Under the pieces are notes generated by a model. The model did not search any database and was not told where the DNA came from. It worked only from the letters and a program-made list of their open reading frames with translations. From Candidatus Bathyarchaeota archaeon (GTDB lineage: Archaea > Thermoproteota > CALKCG01 > B24 > DRYS01): a stretch of DNA of 64,000 nt. Below, in pieces: positions 29,240 to 39,182 of this stretch. The translations under genes and the position numbers were made by a program. Positions within the stretch are counted from its first letter, which is position 1, and each line of letters begins with the position of its first letter. The stretch spans positions 96,569 through 160,568 of the forward strand of contig JAGTQC010000004.1 of assembly GCA_018396535.1 (NCBI GenBank). The letters are read 5' to 3'.

Positions 29240-30085
29240 TTGCACCATATAGTTAGTATCAGGGATTTATGGTTTAGATATAGAGGATCTGATGAATGGA
29301 CTCTTAGAGATATAGATCTAGATATAGAGAGGGGCGAGTTCGTAGTAATAACTGGTAGGAGTGGATGTGGTAAGACTACTCTATGCCGTTGTCTTAACGG
29401 TTTAATTCCACAGTTCTATGAAGGGGAGCTTAAAGGATCCGTTACGGTAGCCGGATTGGATGTTACTAGAATCCCAGTTGCACGTATAGCATCTATAGTT
29501 GGCATGGTGTTTCAGAACCCGTCAAGCCAGCTCTTCATGTTAACAGTCGAGAGGGATGTAGCATTCGGACCAGAGAATCTAGGATTACCTAAGGATGAGA
29601 TTCTTCGAAGGGTTAATTGGGCTCTAGATATGCTGGGTATATCTGATTTAAGATTTAGATCTCCTCACGAGCTTTCAGGTGGTCAGCAGCAGAGGGTTGC
29701 TATAGCTGCTATACTAGCTATGCAGCCTCAGATTATAGTTTTAGATGAGCCTACAGCCTACTTAGATCCATACACGTCTCTATCTATATTCAATCTACTC
29801 AAAGAACTTAATACTAAGCTCTGTTTGACTGTTATACTCGTAGAACATAAACTTGAACTAGTAGCTAGTTTAGCGGATAGAGTTATAGTTATGGATAAGG
29901 GATGTATAGTTTTAGATGGCAGTCCTAGAGAGATCTTCGTGAAGGATCTATCAGTCTACGGTCTCAAACCTCCATCGATACCTAGATTATTCCTTAAGCT
30001 ATCGGGGTATGGCTTCAAGTTTAGTAGGATACCTTTAGCAGTCGAGGAGGCTGTAGAAGTTTTTAGAGAGGGTTCTAGGAGTTGA
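29240..30085 (+). CDS. ecfA: ECF transporter ATPase (EcfA1)
   Basis: GRSGCGKT, VFQNP, FGPEN and LSGGQQQR. Confidence 0.9.
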   Translation: MHHIVSIRDLWFRYRGSDEWTLRDIDLDIERGEFVVITGRSGCGKTTLCRCLNGLIPQFYEGELKGSVTVAGLDVTRIPVARIASIVGMVFQNPSSQLFMLTVERDVAFGPENLGLPKDEILRRVNWALDMLGISDLRFRSPHELSGGQQQRVAIAAILAMQPQIIVLDEPTAYLDPYTSLSIFNLLKELNTKLCLTVILVEHKLELVASLADRVIVMDKGCIVLDGSPREIFVKDLSVYGLKPPSIPRLFLKLSGYGFKFSRIPLAVEEAVEVFREGSRS

Positions 30086-30909
30086 TAGAGGCTAGGAATG
30101 TATACTTTACGTATCCAGGTGGAGTTGAAGCTCTGCGAAACATAAACCTAACTATAGATAGAGGAGAGTTTGTAGCTATAATGGGTGAAAACGGAGCTGG
30201 TAAGACTACCCTTATAAAGATGTTTAACGGATTACTTAAACCTAGTAAAGGCTACGTTAAGGTTGATGGTGTAGATACTAGAGAAGCATCTGTAGCCGAG
30301 CTCTCCCGTAAGGTTGGTATAGTATTCCAGAATCCTGAGCATCAGCTATTCGCCGAGACAGTTGAAGAGGAGATAAAGTTTGCTCTTAGAAACTTCGGCT
30401 TCCCAGAGGATGAGATAGCTAGTAGAATAGACTCTATACTCAGGTTTACTGGGCTTGAGAAGTATCGGGGGTCATCCCCGTTTATGCTTAGTGGTGGTGA
30501 GAAGAAGAGGTTGGCTTTAGCATCTATACTAGTATTCGATCCAGATTACCTAGTTCTTGATGAGCCTACGATAGGCCAGGATCCAGAGCAGAAGGATAGA
30601 CTACTAGAATTCCTATACGAGGTTAATCGTAGGGGTAAAGCCATCGTCATGGTTACGCATGATGTGGAGTTTGTCGCGGAGTGTAAGCCTAGAGTTATAC
30701 TTATGCGTAGAGGCGAGATCATAGCTGATGGCCCTGCTGAAAGGATACTTGTAGATGAGGATCTTATGAAATCTACATCTCTACTACCGCCTCAGATAGC
30801 TTTATTCCTATCTAAGCTTAATCTCAACGAATCTAACTATACAGCTCTTAACGTAGATGATGCTCTCAGAGTAATACTAAGCATCTATAGGGGTGGATCC
30901 GTATGTTAA
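30082..30909 (+). CDS. ecfA: ECF transporter ATPase (EcfA2)
   Basis: GENGAGKT, FQNPEHQLF, LSGGEKKR and DEPTIGQD. Confidence 0.9.
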   Translation: MIEARNVYFTYPGGVEALRNINLTIDRGEFVAIMGENGAGKTTLIKMFNGLLKPSKGYVKVDGVDTREASVAELSRKVGIVFQNPEHQLFAETVEEEIKFALRNFGFPEDEIASRIDSILRFTGLEKYRGSSPFMLSGGEKKRLALASILVFDPDYLVLDEPTIGQDPEQKDRLLEFLYEVNRRGKAIVMVTHDVEFVAECKPRVILMRRGEIIADGPAERILVDEDLMKSTSLLPPQIALFLSKLNLNESNYTALNVDDALRVILSIYRGGSVC

Positions 30910-31670
30910 GTTTTCTAGAGTTATTCAGGTTTAGGAGAAGGGATTCGCCTATACACAGGATGGATCCAAGGGTTAAAGCACTATACTTACTAGTGATGAG
31001 TACACTCTCGATAGTATACTATAGCCTAGCCGCTATGCTTACCTTATTCGCTTCGACGATACCGTTGATAGCTGTAGCTGGGGTTCATAGAGAATGGATA
31101 CGTTCTCTTAGAGGAGCAGCATTCCTAGCGTCTATGATAATATTCGTTAATATGATTGCAGGATACTTATCCGAGGGCTTCATTTTAACTATGGATACCA
31201 TATCATACGCTCTCTCCATGGGGCTGAGATTCCTAACATTCACATCTGTCTTCTCGATATTCTTCCTCACAACTACACCCGAAGATCTAAGCTTAGCGTT
31301 GGAGAAGCTTGGAGTACCATACGACTACTGCTTCGCTTTCACATCAGCTATAAGGTTCGTACCGGATTTAGCTCTAGAGATACAAACGGTTATAGATGCT
31401 CAGAGATCTAGAGGTTTAGAACTTGAGAAGGGTAATTTGATACGTAGAATAAGGAACTATATACCTATACTGATCCCTGTTTTCATAAGGAGCTTTACTC
31501 GTAGTATAGAACTAGCAGAAGCTATGGAAGCTAGGGGTTATGGAGCATCTGAGAAAAGAACAAGTATATATGAACTCTGTATGAAACGTTCAGATTATAT
31601 GATAGCCTTACTTCTCTTATGCATACTAGCCTTATCTATACTCATACGGTTACTCATAGGCTGGTATTAA
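30903..31670 (+). CDS. ecfT: ECF transporter transmembrane component T
   Basis: SPIHRMDPRVK, AQRSRG and AMEARGY. Confidence 0.93.
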   Translation: MLSFLELFRFRRRDSPIHRMDPRVKALYLLVMSTLSIVYYSLAAMLTLFASTIPLIAVAGVHREWIRSLRGAAFLASMIIFVNMIAGYLSEGFILTMDTISYALSMGLRFLTFTSVFSIFFLTTTPEDLSLALEKLGVPYDYCFAFTSAIRFVPDLALEIQTVIDAQRSRGLELEKGNLIRRIRNYIPILIPVFIRSFTRSIELAEAMEARGYGASEKRTSIYELCMKRSDYMIALLLLCILALSILIRLLIGWY

Positions 31671-32396
31671 CTACGCTACCTCTCTCCCTATAGCTACCTC
31701 CTTCCTAGTCTCTATACGTTCAACCTTCCCATCTCTTATCCAGAATATCCTATCAGATACATCTATCATCTTAAGATCGTGTGTAGCAGTAACAACAGTT
31801 ACACCCTTCTCCTCGTTAAGCTTCCTAATCAGGTTTATAATATGTAGCCCTGTATGGAGATCTAGGTTTCCTGTAGGCTCGTCTGCTAGTATTATAACTG
31901 GATCGTTTGCTAACGCTCTAGCTATAGCAACCCTCTGCTGCTGACCACCTGAAAGCTCGGGTGGTCTATGATTCAGACGATCACCCAAACCGACAGTTTC
32001 AAGAAGCTCCTTAGCCTTTCTAATCCTCTCATCCCTAGGTACACCAGCAAATATCATCGGGAGCATAACGTTCTCCATAGCCGTTAATACAGGGATCAGA
32101 TTGAACGTCTGGAATATATAGCCTATCTTACGGCATCTAAGCCATGCAAGCTCATAGGCATCTAGCTTAGATATATCAACCTCATCTATATAGACCTGTC
32201 CACGTGTAGGTCTATCGAGTCCCCCGATCATATTGAAGAAGGTAGTCTTGCCAGATCCGCTTGGACCCATAACCGATACATACTCTCCTCTTCTAATCTT
32301 AACGGATACACCGTCTAGGGCTTTGATAGTTATAGGCCCCATCTGATAGTATTTAGCTAGATCCTCTGTCTCGACTGTATACTCGTATACACTCAT
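31671..32396 (-). CDS. ABC transporter ATP-binding protein (LolD/MacB type)
   Basis: GPSGSGKT, FQTFNL, LSGGQQQRVAIARAL and ADEPTGNLD. Confidence 0.92.
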   Translation of the reverse strand: MSVYEYTVETEDLAKYYQMGPITIKALDGVSVKIRRGEYVSVMGPSGSGKTTFFNMIGGLDRPTRGQVYIDEVDISKLDAYELAWLRCRKIGYIFQTFNLIPVLTAMENVMLPMIFAGVPRDERIRKAKELLETVGLGDRLNHRPPELSGGQQQRVAIARALANDPVIILADEPTGNLDLHTGLHIINLIRKLNEEKGVTVVTATHDLKMIDVSDRIFWIRDGKVERIETRKEVAIGREVA

Positions 32397-32528
32397 ATAC
32401 CCTCACTAGCAGAACATAAGCCCGTATAGATATTTAAGATTTTCCAATACATCAAGATATTATTCTAAGCTTAGAGTTAGCGTTACAAACCCATCCCAAA
32501 TTCTACATGGTAAACCCCTAATCCTCGA

Positions 32529-33362
32529 CTACCTATTTATCTCCATATATATCTGGTCGCCCTTCTTAAGGCCTAGCTTCTCTGATGCATTACCCATATT
32601 CACAGATATCTCCATGAACCCTCCACTTCCAGGTATCAATACTAGTTCACCCAAAGGCACCTCTCCATAAGATCTAGATAGAGGTATAGAAACCTCATTA
32701 CCCATATAGTATAGTCTAACTTTTTCACCGAACGTTACCCTATCCTTGATTAGATCCCATTTGATATTCGTTACGAGATTCCCGTAGGAGTCTACATATA
32801 TTATCCTACCTATCACCTTTCCACCGCTGATCTGTGGCTTATCGAATTTAACAACATCTATACGATCTATGCTTCTACCCAGCATCTCTAGTGGATAACC
32901 TAATGCGATCCATGCTGCAGCTGGAGCGAATATATCCCTACCATGGAATGTATAGCTAACTTCGCTTAGCATTACATACCTACTCTCTATGACGCGTATA
33001 TCCTCTATACCATCATCCTCGGCTGCTATGGTTAGAACACCATTATCAGGGCCTACGAATATATACCTCCTAGTCTTGATAGCTATAGGCTTCCTCTCCG
33101 TCCCTACACCCGGATCTACTACGCATACATGTATCGTTCCAGGAGGGAAGAAGCTGTAAGCCCTGTAGAGTATGTATGCAGCCTCCTCTATATCGAACTT
33201 AGATATATCATGCGTTATATCGATGATAGTAGCTTCAGGGCATATCGAAAGTATAACCCCCTTCATACAGGCTACGTACGGATCCTTATTTCCAAAATCT
33301 GTTGTTAGGGTTACGATAGGCTTCTTCAAGCCCCTTTTATATGGTTTATAGATGTTGTTCAT
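32529..33362 (-). CDS. SAM hydroxide adenosyltransferase / SAM-dependent halogenase family (DUF62)
   Basis: TLTTDFG, VVDPGVG, GPDNG, TFHGRDIF and DSYGN; true start probably the TTG before KKPIVTL. Confidence 0.92.
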   Translation of the reverse strand: MNNIYKPYKRGLKKPIVTLTTDFGNKDPYVACMKGVILSICPEATIIDITHDISKFDIEEAAYILYRAYSFFPPGTIHVCVVDPGVGTERKPIAIKTRRYIFVGPDNGVLTIAAEDDGIEDIRVIESRYVMLSEVSYTFHGRDIFAPAAAWIALGYPLEMLGRSIDRIDVVKFDKPQISGGKVIGRIIYVDSYGNLVTNIKWDLIKDRVTFGEKVRLYYMGNEVSIPLSRSYGEVPLGELVLIPGSGGFMEISVNMGNASEKLGLKKGDQIYMEINR

Positions 33363-33644
33363 TAAGATTTGTCTAATCTCTCGTATACAATACTACGTAG
33401 TAGCTTAGCGTTTCTATCATCAGGATTTTCATCGCTCTATCCTCAAATACACTCTGATACTTCTTAAAATCTCGATGAAAATCGTTAAACGTTCATCGTT
33501 CTTAACTCATTCCATCCTCATAACTTCTTACTTCAAGTTATAGCTTAAACATTACTTGGTTTTCTAAAGCTCATAGTAAACTAAGTAGGATATTGAGATG
33601 CAATACTTATTTTCAAGGGTTTATCTGAGATATAGAATTATGCT

Positions 33645-35534
33645 ATGGTCGGCGGTATATGTGGATCTATCCTACAGATAGATCTATCTGAGGATAGATT
33701 CTCGGTAGAGAGGTTAAATGAGAACTGGGTATATAGGTTTATCGGAGGTGCAGGTTACGCAGCTAGACTCCTATTGGATTATATGGATAGATATGGGGTT
33801 CCAGATCCGTTATCGCCAGATAACCCTATAATAGTGATGACAGGCCCGCTTACAGGTGTATCGGCTTTCGGATCTAAGACTATAGTAGTATCTAGATCCC
33901 CTTTAACCTATGGGTTGGGTAAATCTACCTTTGCAGGATCATTTGGTTTATCTTTGAAGAAAGCTGGCTTCGACGGTATATTGGTAGTAGGTGCTTCAGA
34001 TAAACCTGTACATGTAATCGTAGATGATGGATATATAGATATTAAGGATGCTTCGGATCTCTGGGGTATGGATTCGCTAGAAGCGTCATCGACTTTAGCT
34101 AAATCTCTAGGTAATGGGTATAGATCAATCGTCATAGGTCCTGCTGGTGAACGTCTATCTAGGATAGCGTGTATAGTTAGTTCTGAGAGGAGGGTTGCAG
34201 GTAGGACTGGTTTGGGTGCCGTTATGGGTTCGAAGAAGCTTAAAGCTATATCTGTACGTGGATCAAAACCTATAGATGTATATGATCCTGAGCTTCTTAG
34301 AAAACTAAACTCTGATTGGCTTTCTAAAGCTCCTAGGACGAGTAGGGGTGAAGCTATGATGGAGTATGGAACTGCTGGAGGTGTATCGATGTTTATACAA
34401 ACTGGAAACCTGCCTATAAAGCATTGGGCTATGGGTTCTTGGAATGATGCTTGGAAGATAAGCGGTGTAACTATCATGGAGAAGTATAGAAGTGGGAGTG
34501 GGAGGAAAATCTGTGGTTCAGGTATACTCTGTAGTATATCGTGTGAGAGAGTTGTCGAATTTGATGATCCTAGATTCGGTAGGTATATGGGTAAGGGTCC
34601 TGAGTATGAATCCGTAGCCGCTCTAGGCTCTATGGTACTTAACTCTGATCCCGTAGCGCTCATAAAGCTTAATGAACTATGCGATAGACTAGGTATTGAT
34701 ACTATATCGACTGGAGAAGTCGTAGCCTGGGCTATGGAGGCGTATGAAAAGGGTTTCATCAATAGAGATGATACCGGTGGATTAGAACTTAGATGGGGTG
34801 ATGTATCAACCCTATTCCGACTTATAGAGATGGTGGGTTTGAAGAAGGGGTTCGGCGCTATACTTTCTGATGGTGTTAAGAAAGCTTCGGAAGCTATCGG
34901 TAGGGGTACGGATAGCTTTGCTCTACATGTTAAAGGGCTTGAAGTCCCATACCATAATCCTAGACTCTATAAGAGTATGGGTCTTGCCTACGCTACATCT
35001 AATAGAGGTGCATGCCACCTTCAGGGCATGGCTATGCTGGTCGAGAGAGGGGTTCTACTACCTGAGTATGGTATATCTAAACCGCCTTCATCTAACGAGG
35101 AGTATGTCGATACCGTGATCGTACAGCAGGATATATGCTGTTTCCTAGATTCAGCTATCCTATGCAAGTTCGGTGTATTTGGTATAGTTGATTTCGATCA
35201 TATCGCTAAGGTATGGGCCGCTGTTACAGGTATAGGATGCGATAGGATGGATATACTTTTCGCAGGTGAGAGGATATGGTATCTAGAGAGGATCCTGAAC
35301 TATCTATTCGGTATAGGTAATAGTTGTGATAGTCTTCCTAGAAGATTTGTGGAGGAGCCTGTCAGAGACGGACCTGCTAAGGGATTAGTATGCGATAATA
35401 TAGATGAGATGTTAAGGTTATTCTATGAACGTAGGAGTCTCAGATCTATTGAAAGCTTGAAGGGTAAACTTTCTATGCTTGGGTTAGAGGATGTAGCATC
35501 CATAGCCGATAGGATAGGGTTAAAACTCTATTGA
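33645..35534 (+). CDS. Aldehyde:ferredoxin oxidoreductase family (tungstopterin) protein
   Basis: SPLT, LKKAGFDG, GRTGLGAVMGSKKLKA, GPEYE, LGIDTIS and NRGACH. Confidence 0.92.
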   Translation: MVGGICGSILQIDLSEDRFSVERLNENWVYRFIGGAGYAARLLLDYMDRYGVPDPLSPDNPIIVMTGPLTGVSAFGSKTIVVSRSPLTYGLGKSTFAGSFGLSLKKAGFDGILVVGASDKPVHVIVDDGYIDIKDASDLWGMDSLEASSTLAKSLGNGYRSIVIGPAGERLSRIACIVSSERRVAGRTGLGAVMGSKKLKAISVRGSKPIDVYDPELLRKLNSDWLSKAPRTSRGEAMMEYGTAGGVSMFIQTGNLPIKHWAMGSWNDAWKISGVTIMEKYRSGSGRKICGSGILCSISCERVVEFDDPRFGRYMGKGPEYESVAALGSMVLNSDPVALIKLNELCDRLGIDTISTGEVVAWAMEAYEKGFINRDDTGGLELRWGDVSTLFRLIEMVGLKKGFGAILSDGVKKASEAIGRGTDSFALHVKGLEVPYHNPRLYKSMGLAYATSNRGACHLQGMAMLVERGVLLPEYGISKPPSSNEEYVDTVIVQQDICCFLDSAILCKFGVFGIVDFDHIAKVWAAVTGIGCDRMDILFAGERIWYLERILNYLFGIGNSCDSLPRRFVEEPVRDGPAKGLVCDNIDEMLRLFYERRSLRSIESLKGKLSMLGLEDVASIADRIGLKLY

Positions 35535-35543
35535 AGAATCTTA

Positions 35544-36629
35544 TCACAACTTCCTAGTATTCCACCCATACTTTAAAGCCGCCTTATAGAGTATCAATAT
35601 ATTCTCTATAGGTGTATCTGGCTGTATGCTATGAGTTGGTCCTATGATTAAGCCTGTCGGCCCTAGATATTCTATCCTTAATAGAACCTCTCTAGCTACA
35701 TCCTCTACGCTTCCGAAGGGTAGTGTACTTTGAACACCTATAGTTCCATCGAAGCAGAGTTTATCGCCATAGATCTGTTTAAGCTTAATAGGATCCATAC
35801 ACTCGGGTTGGATTGGGTTGAGTATATCGATACCTATCTCTACTAGGTCTGGTATTATGGGCTCTATCCATCCATCGCTATGGAAGTTGAAGAATACACT
35901 ATACCTATGGCATAGATCTACTAGCTCCTTATAGTAGGGTTTTAGTAGATGTCTCCATAACTTTGGTGAAATCATCATCCCTCTTTGCATACCTACATCA
36001 TCTCCATCATATACTACATCTACACCAGCTTCGCAGAGGAGTTTAGCTTGCTCTAATCTTATCCTTTGAAGACTATCTAAAACCTTGATAACGTAATCTA
36101 TTCTAGTATATAGCATCTTCATAATCTCGTTAAACCCTATAAGCTGCCAAGCTATCTCCCATAGATGCTCTACAGAGCCATAGAGACAGTAATCTTCGTA
36201 GATTCGGCGAATCTTTAGAATCTCATCGAATCTATCGACGTCGACTTCAGGCCATGTATAATCTTCGAGATCGATAAACTGTAGTGGATGCCTATGATAG
36301 GTGTAAGTGTACGTTCTACCTGGACGCCATATACTCTCCACACCCCATATATCCCTTCTAATTTCGAAACCCATATATTCGCCTATAGTGTATGCAGGGC
36401 CGTATGGCCCCTCCTTAACCTCTACACCTCTAGGAAGGTATCCATCTTTAACGCCTATATGTGTACTAACGATATCGACGCCGAGATACCTACATAGATC
36501 TAGATGATTCCTAAACCCTAGTAGAGATTTCAATCTCTCGTATGGCTCAGGTCTAATTCTCAGGATTAGAGGTATCCTGTCAGGCTCCTCCAATAGGATA
36601 CTACATATACAGCGATCTCTAGGCTTCAA
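35544..36629 (-). CDS. Uroporphyrinogen decarboxylase / MtaA-CmuA methyltransferase superfamily protein
   Basis: EEPDRIP, DIWGV, GDDVG, FHSDG, NPIQPEC and GPTHSIQPDTP. Confidence 0.85.
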   Translation of the reverse strand: MKPRDRCICSILLEEPDRIPLILRIRPEPYERLKSLLGFRNHLDLCRYLGVDIVSTHIGVKDGYLPRGVEVKEGPYGPAYTIGEYMGFEIRRDIWGVESIWRPGRTYTYTYHRHPLQFIDLEDYTWPEVDVDRFDEILKIRRIYEDYCLYGSVEHLWEIAWQLIGFNEIMKMLYTRIDYVIKVLDSLQRIRLEQAKLLCEAGVDVVYDGDDVGMQRGMMISPKLWRHLLKPYYKELVDLCHRYSVFFNFHSDGWIEPIIPDLVEIGIDILNPIQPECMDPIKLKQIYGDKLCFDGTIGVQSTLPFGSVEDVAREVLLRIEYLGPTGLIIGPTHSIQPDTPIENILILYKAALKYGWNTRKL

Positions 36630-36850
36630 GCTCTAATACTCCTAATCTAGAATATTGATAATTTAAACATATATGATGCCATACAGTATGGTAGTTGTTG
36701 TAAACTAAGTGTTAAAATTCATAGAGGCTGTTTAAAGTTTGAACTAGATCTAGAATCTAATTCTTAAAAATTTTTAATGGCTTTAAAAGCTTAAATATTA
36801 GTTACTTCGATAATCGGTGTGGGTGTTAGGTTATTTCCGAACCTTTCGTA

Positions 36851-37393
36851 TTGTATGTGAGTAAAAGGTTCCTCGATAAAGCCTCTAAAACATTCGGTCT
36901 AGGGTTAATCGTTAGGAAACCTTTGATCGAAATATTTAGGAAGATGGGGGTTCCCTTCAAAGAGCTTGATAGGGATGAGGCTAAGATGGCTCTCGATAGG
37001 ATTGCTGAATCTAAAGGTATAACGATCACGGCTAGCCAGCTTATAAAAAGCTTAGCTGCAGCGTTATTCCTTCCTACAGGTATCTTCATCGCGACTTTAA
37101 AGAAGGTCTTCTATAGGTCTGGAGCTGAAACCGAGGATAGCGTGGTACTTGAGTTCCTTGCAGAGATACCGAGAGCGTTTAGGCCAACCCTCTTCTACGA
37201 TATATGGCTAGTCATACCGAAGATGGAAGCTGGGGAAGTGAATGTAAAACGATTAATAAAGACGATAGTGGATAAGACTGGGACTGTACCATTAACAGAG
37301 GAAGAATGGGAGGGTGTCCAACCTATAGTAGAAAAGCTGAGGGGAAGATTAGAGGTGAAAGGTGTAGCAGAAAATCTTTGGAAAGCTTTTTAA
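36851..37393 (+). CDS. Hypothetical protein (possible ATT start at 36833)
   Basis: 180-aa ORF with no recognisable motif; frame open to TAG 36827..36829. Confidence 0.7.
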   Translation: MYVSKRFLDKASKTFGLGLIVRKPLIEIFRKMGVPFKELDRDEAKMALDRIAESKGITITASQLIKSLAAALFLPTGIFIATLKKVFYRSGAETEDSVVLEFLAEIPRAFRPTLFYDIWLVIPKMEAGEVNVKRLIKTIVDKTGTVPLTEEEWEGVQPIVEKLRGRLEVKGVAENLWKAF

Positions 37394-37526
37394 ATAAAAG
37401 GTTTAAGTAGCATGTGTATTTTATTAGCTTGATAAACTAGTTCATATTTTCATAGATGTTAGTGAAGCCTAGTCTTACATAGTGTAGAGCGTGTATACTT
37501 TGATCCTTATCTAGTAGAGGGTTGAG

Positions 37527-37601
37527 TGGACCGGGCGGGATTTGAACCCGCGACCTCCCGGGTGCAAACCGGGTGCTCATACCAGGCTGAGCTACCGGCC
37601 C
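37527..37601 (-). tRNA. tRNA-Ala(TGC), intronless, CCA not encoded
   Basis: GGGCCGG/CCGGTCC acceptor stem with G3:U70; anticodon arm CCCGG-TTTGCAC-CCGGG; T-loop TTCAAAT; 75 nt. Confidence 0.97.
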
Positions 37602-37786
37602 ATTAACATATGATTTGTAAACCAATCTGTAGCCGTATTTATGCCCCGTTTCTAGCTAACTCTTCTTTAGGAGTGGGGATACTTATATGTTTTAAGCCTA
37701 GCTTCTGTTTAACCGTAAAATTTATATAGTGTATAGGTGAAGTGTAATGCTTCTCTAGTTTGCCTTTGTAGAGGTGTCTATTCTAT

Positions 37787-38956
37787 ATGGGGTTAAAGCT
37801 AGCTTCGAGTATGTCTAGGCTTGGTACTGAGACAGCTTTTGAAGTATTAGCGTTGGCTAGGGAGATGGAGTATAAGGGGTTTAAGATTATACATTTCGAG
37901 ATAGGTGAACCAGATTTCGATACTCCAAGTCATATTAAGGATGCAGCTGTCGAAGCGTTGAAATCCGGGTTTACGCATTACACTCCTTCACAGGGTATAA
38001 GAGAGCTTAGGGAAGCTATCGCTGAGAAGGTTCGTGATGATTATGGTGTCGATGTAGATCCTAATAGAAATATCGTTGTTATGCCTGGCGCTAAGCCATG
38101 TATATTCGCTGCTATGCTAGCTATACTCGATCCAGGTGATGAGGTTATAATACCTAGTCCAGCCTATCCTATCTATGAATCTATAATTAACTTTTTAGAT
38201 GCTAAGCCTGTGTTAATCCCGGTGAGGGAGGAGGATGAGTTTAGGCTTACGGTTGATGCTGTAGCTGAGAATATAACTAGTAGGACTAGGATGATAGTGG
38301 TTAATACTCCATGTAATCCTACAGGATCTATGCTATCTCCAGGTGATGTTAAAGGTATTGCTGAGATAGCTAGGGAGAGGGGTATCTATGTATTAGCGGA
38401 TGAGGTATACTCTAAGATAGTATTCGAGCATCCCCACTACTCGTTCCTAGAGGAGTTTGATGATAATGTTATAGTAGTGGATGGCTTCTCTAAGACTTAC
38501 GCTATGACTGGCTGGAGGTTGGGGTATGCTATCGCTAATAGTATGCTTATAGAGTATATGACGAAGCTTCAGATAAATATCGTAAGCTGTCCTGTAGCAT
38601 TCGTACAGAAGGCTGCTATAGCTGCTTTAAGAGGTCCACAGGATTGTGTAAAGTCTATGGTTGAAGAGTATAGGAGTCGTAGAGATCTTATATACGATCT
38701 CTTAAGGAGGATTGACGGTATCCGAGTTATCAAGCCTAAGGGGGCGTTCTACATATTCCCGAATATTAGTAGTTATGGTATGAAATCTCTGAATCTAATG
38801 AAGTATCTACTAGCTGAAGCTAAGGTGGCCGTACTCCATGGGACGGCTTTCGGACAGTATGGTGAAGGCTATCTTAGATTATCTTATGCTCTATCGAAGG
38901 AGGAGATAATCGAGGGTTTGAGGAGGATGAGGGATGCTCTCGAGAAGCTTAGATAG
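37787..38956 (+). CDS. PLP-dependent class I/II aminotransferase (aspartate aminotransferase-like)
   Basis: IGEPDF, NTPCNPTG, DEVY and GFSKTYAMTGWRLGY. Confidence 0.95.
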   Translation: MGLKLASSMSRLGTETAFEVLALAREMEYKGFKIIHFEIGEPDFDTPSHIKDAAVEALKSGFTHYTPSQGIRELREAIAEKVRDDYGVDVDPNRNIVVMPGAKPCIFAAMLAILDPGDEVIIPSPAYPIYESIINFLDAKPVLIPVREEDEFRLTVDAVAENITSRTRMIVVNTPCNPTGSMLSPGDVKGIAEIARERGIYVLADEVYSKIVFEHPHYSFLEEFDDNVIVVDGFSKTYAMTGWRLGYAIANSMLIEYMTKLQINIVSCPVAFVQKAAIAALRGPQDCVKSMVEEYRSRRDLIYDLLRRIDGIRVIKPKGAFYIFPNISSYGMKSLNLMKYLLAEAKVAVLHGTAFGQYGEGYLRLSYALSKEEIIEGLRRMRDALEKLR

Positions 38957-39182
38957 ACTGTTTTTACTACTTTACTGCAATACGGTATTCTGTTAGCTTA
39001 GGTTTAGATTCTAGGTTTAGAAATGTATATGTTTGGCTCTACTATGTTGTACATAGTTTAGCTCCATAGCCTTCGGTATGGATGTTTATACTCGTTGATA
39101 GGTATATTCACTGCTTCTAAACTACAATTTTCTAGAGTAGTTATGCTAAAGGTTTATATATGGTTGCTCCTTCACTACAGAA

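Noticed and set aside
33400-37601. Integrated element at tRNA-Ala
   Set aside because: No integrase and no duplicated tRNA 3' end (att site) seen in the window.
37437-37625. 62-aa minus-strand ORF
   Set aside because: It is a translation of the tRNA-Ala gene.
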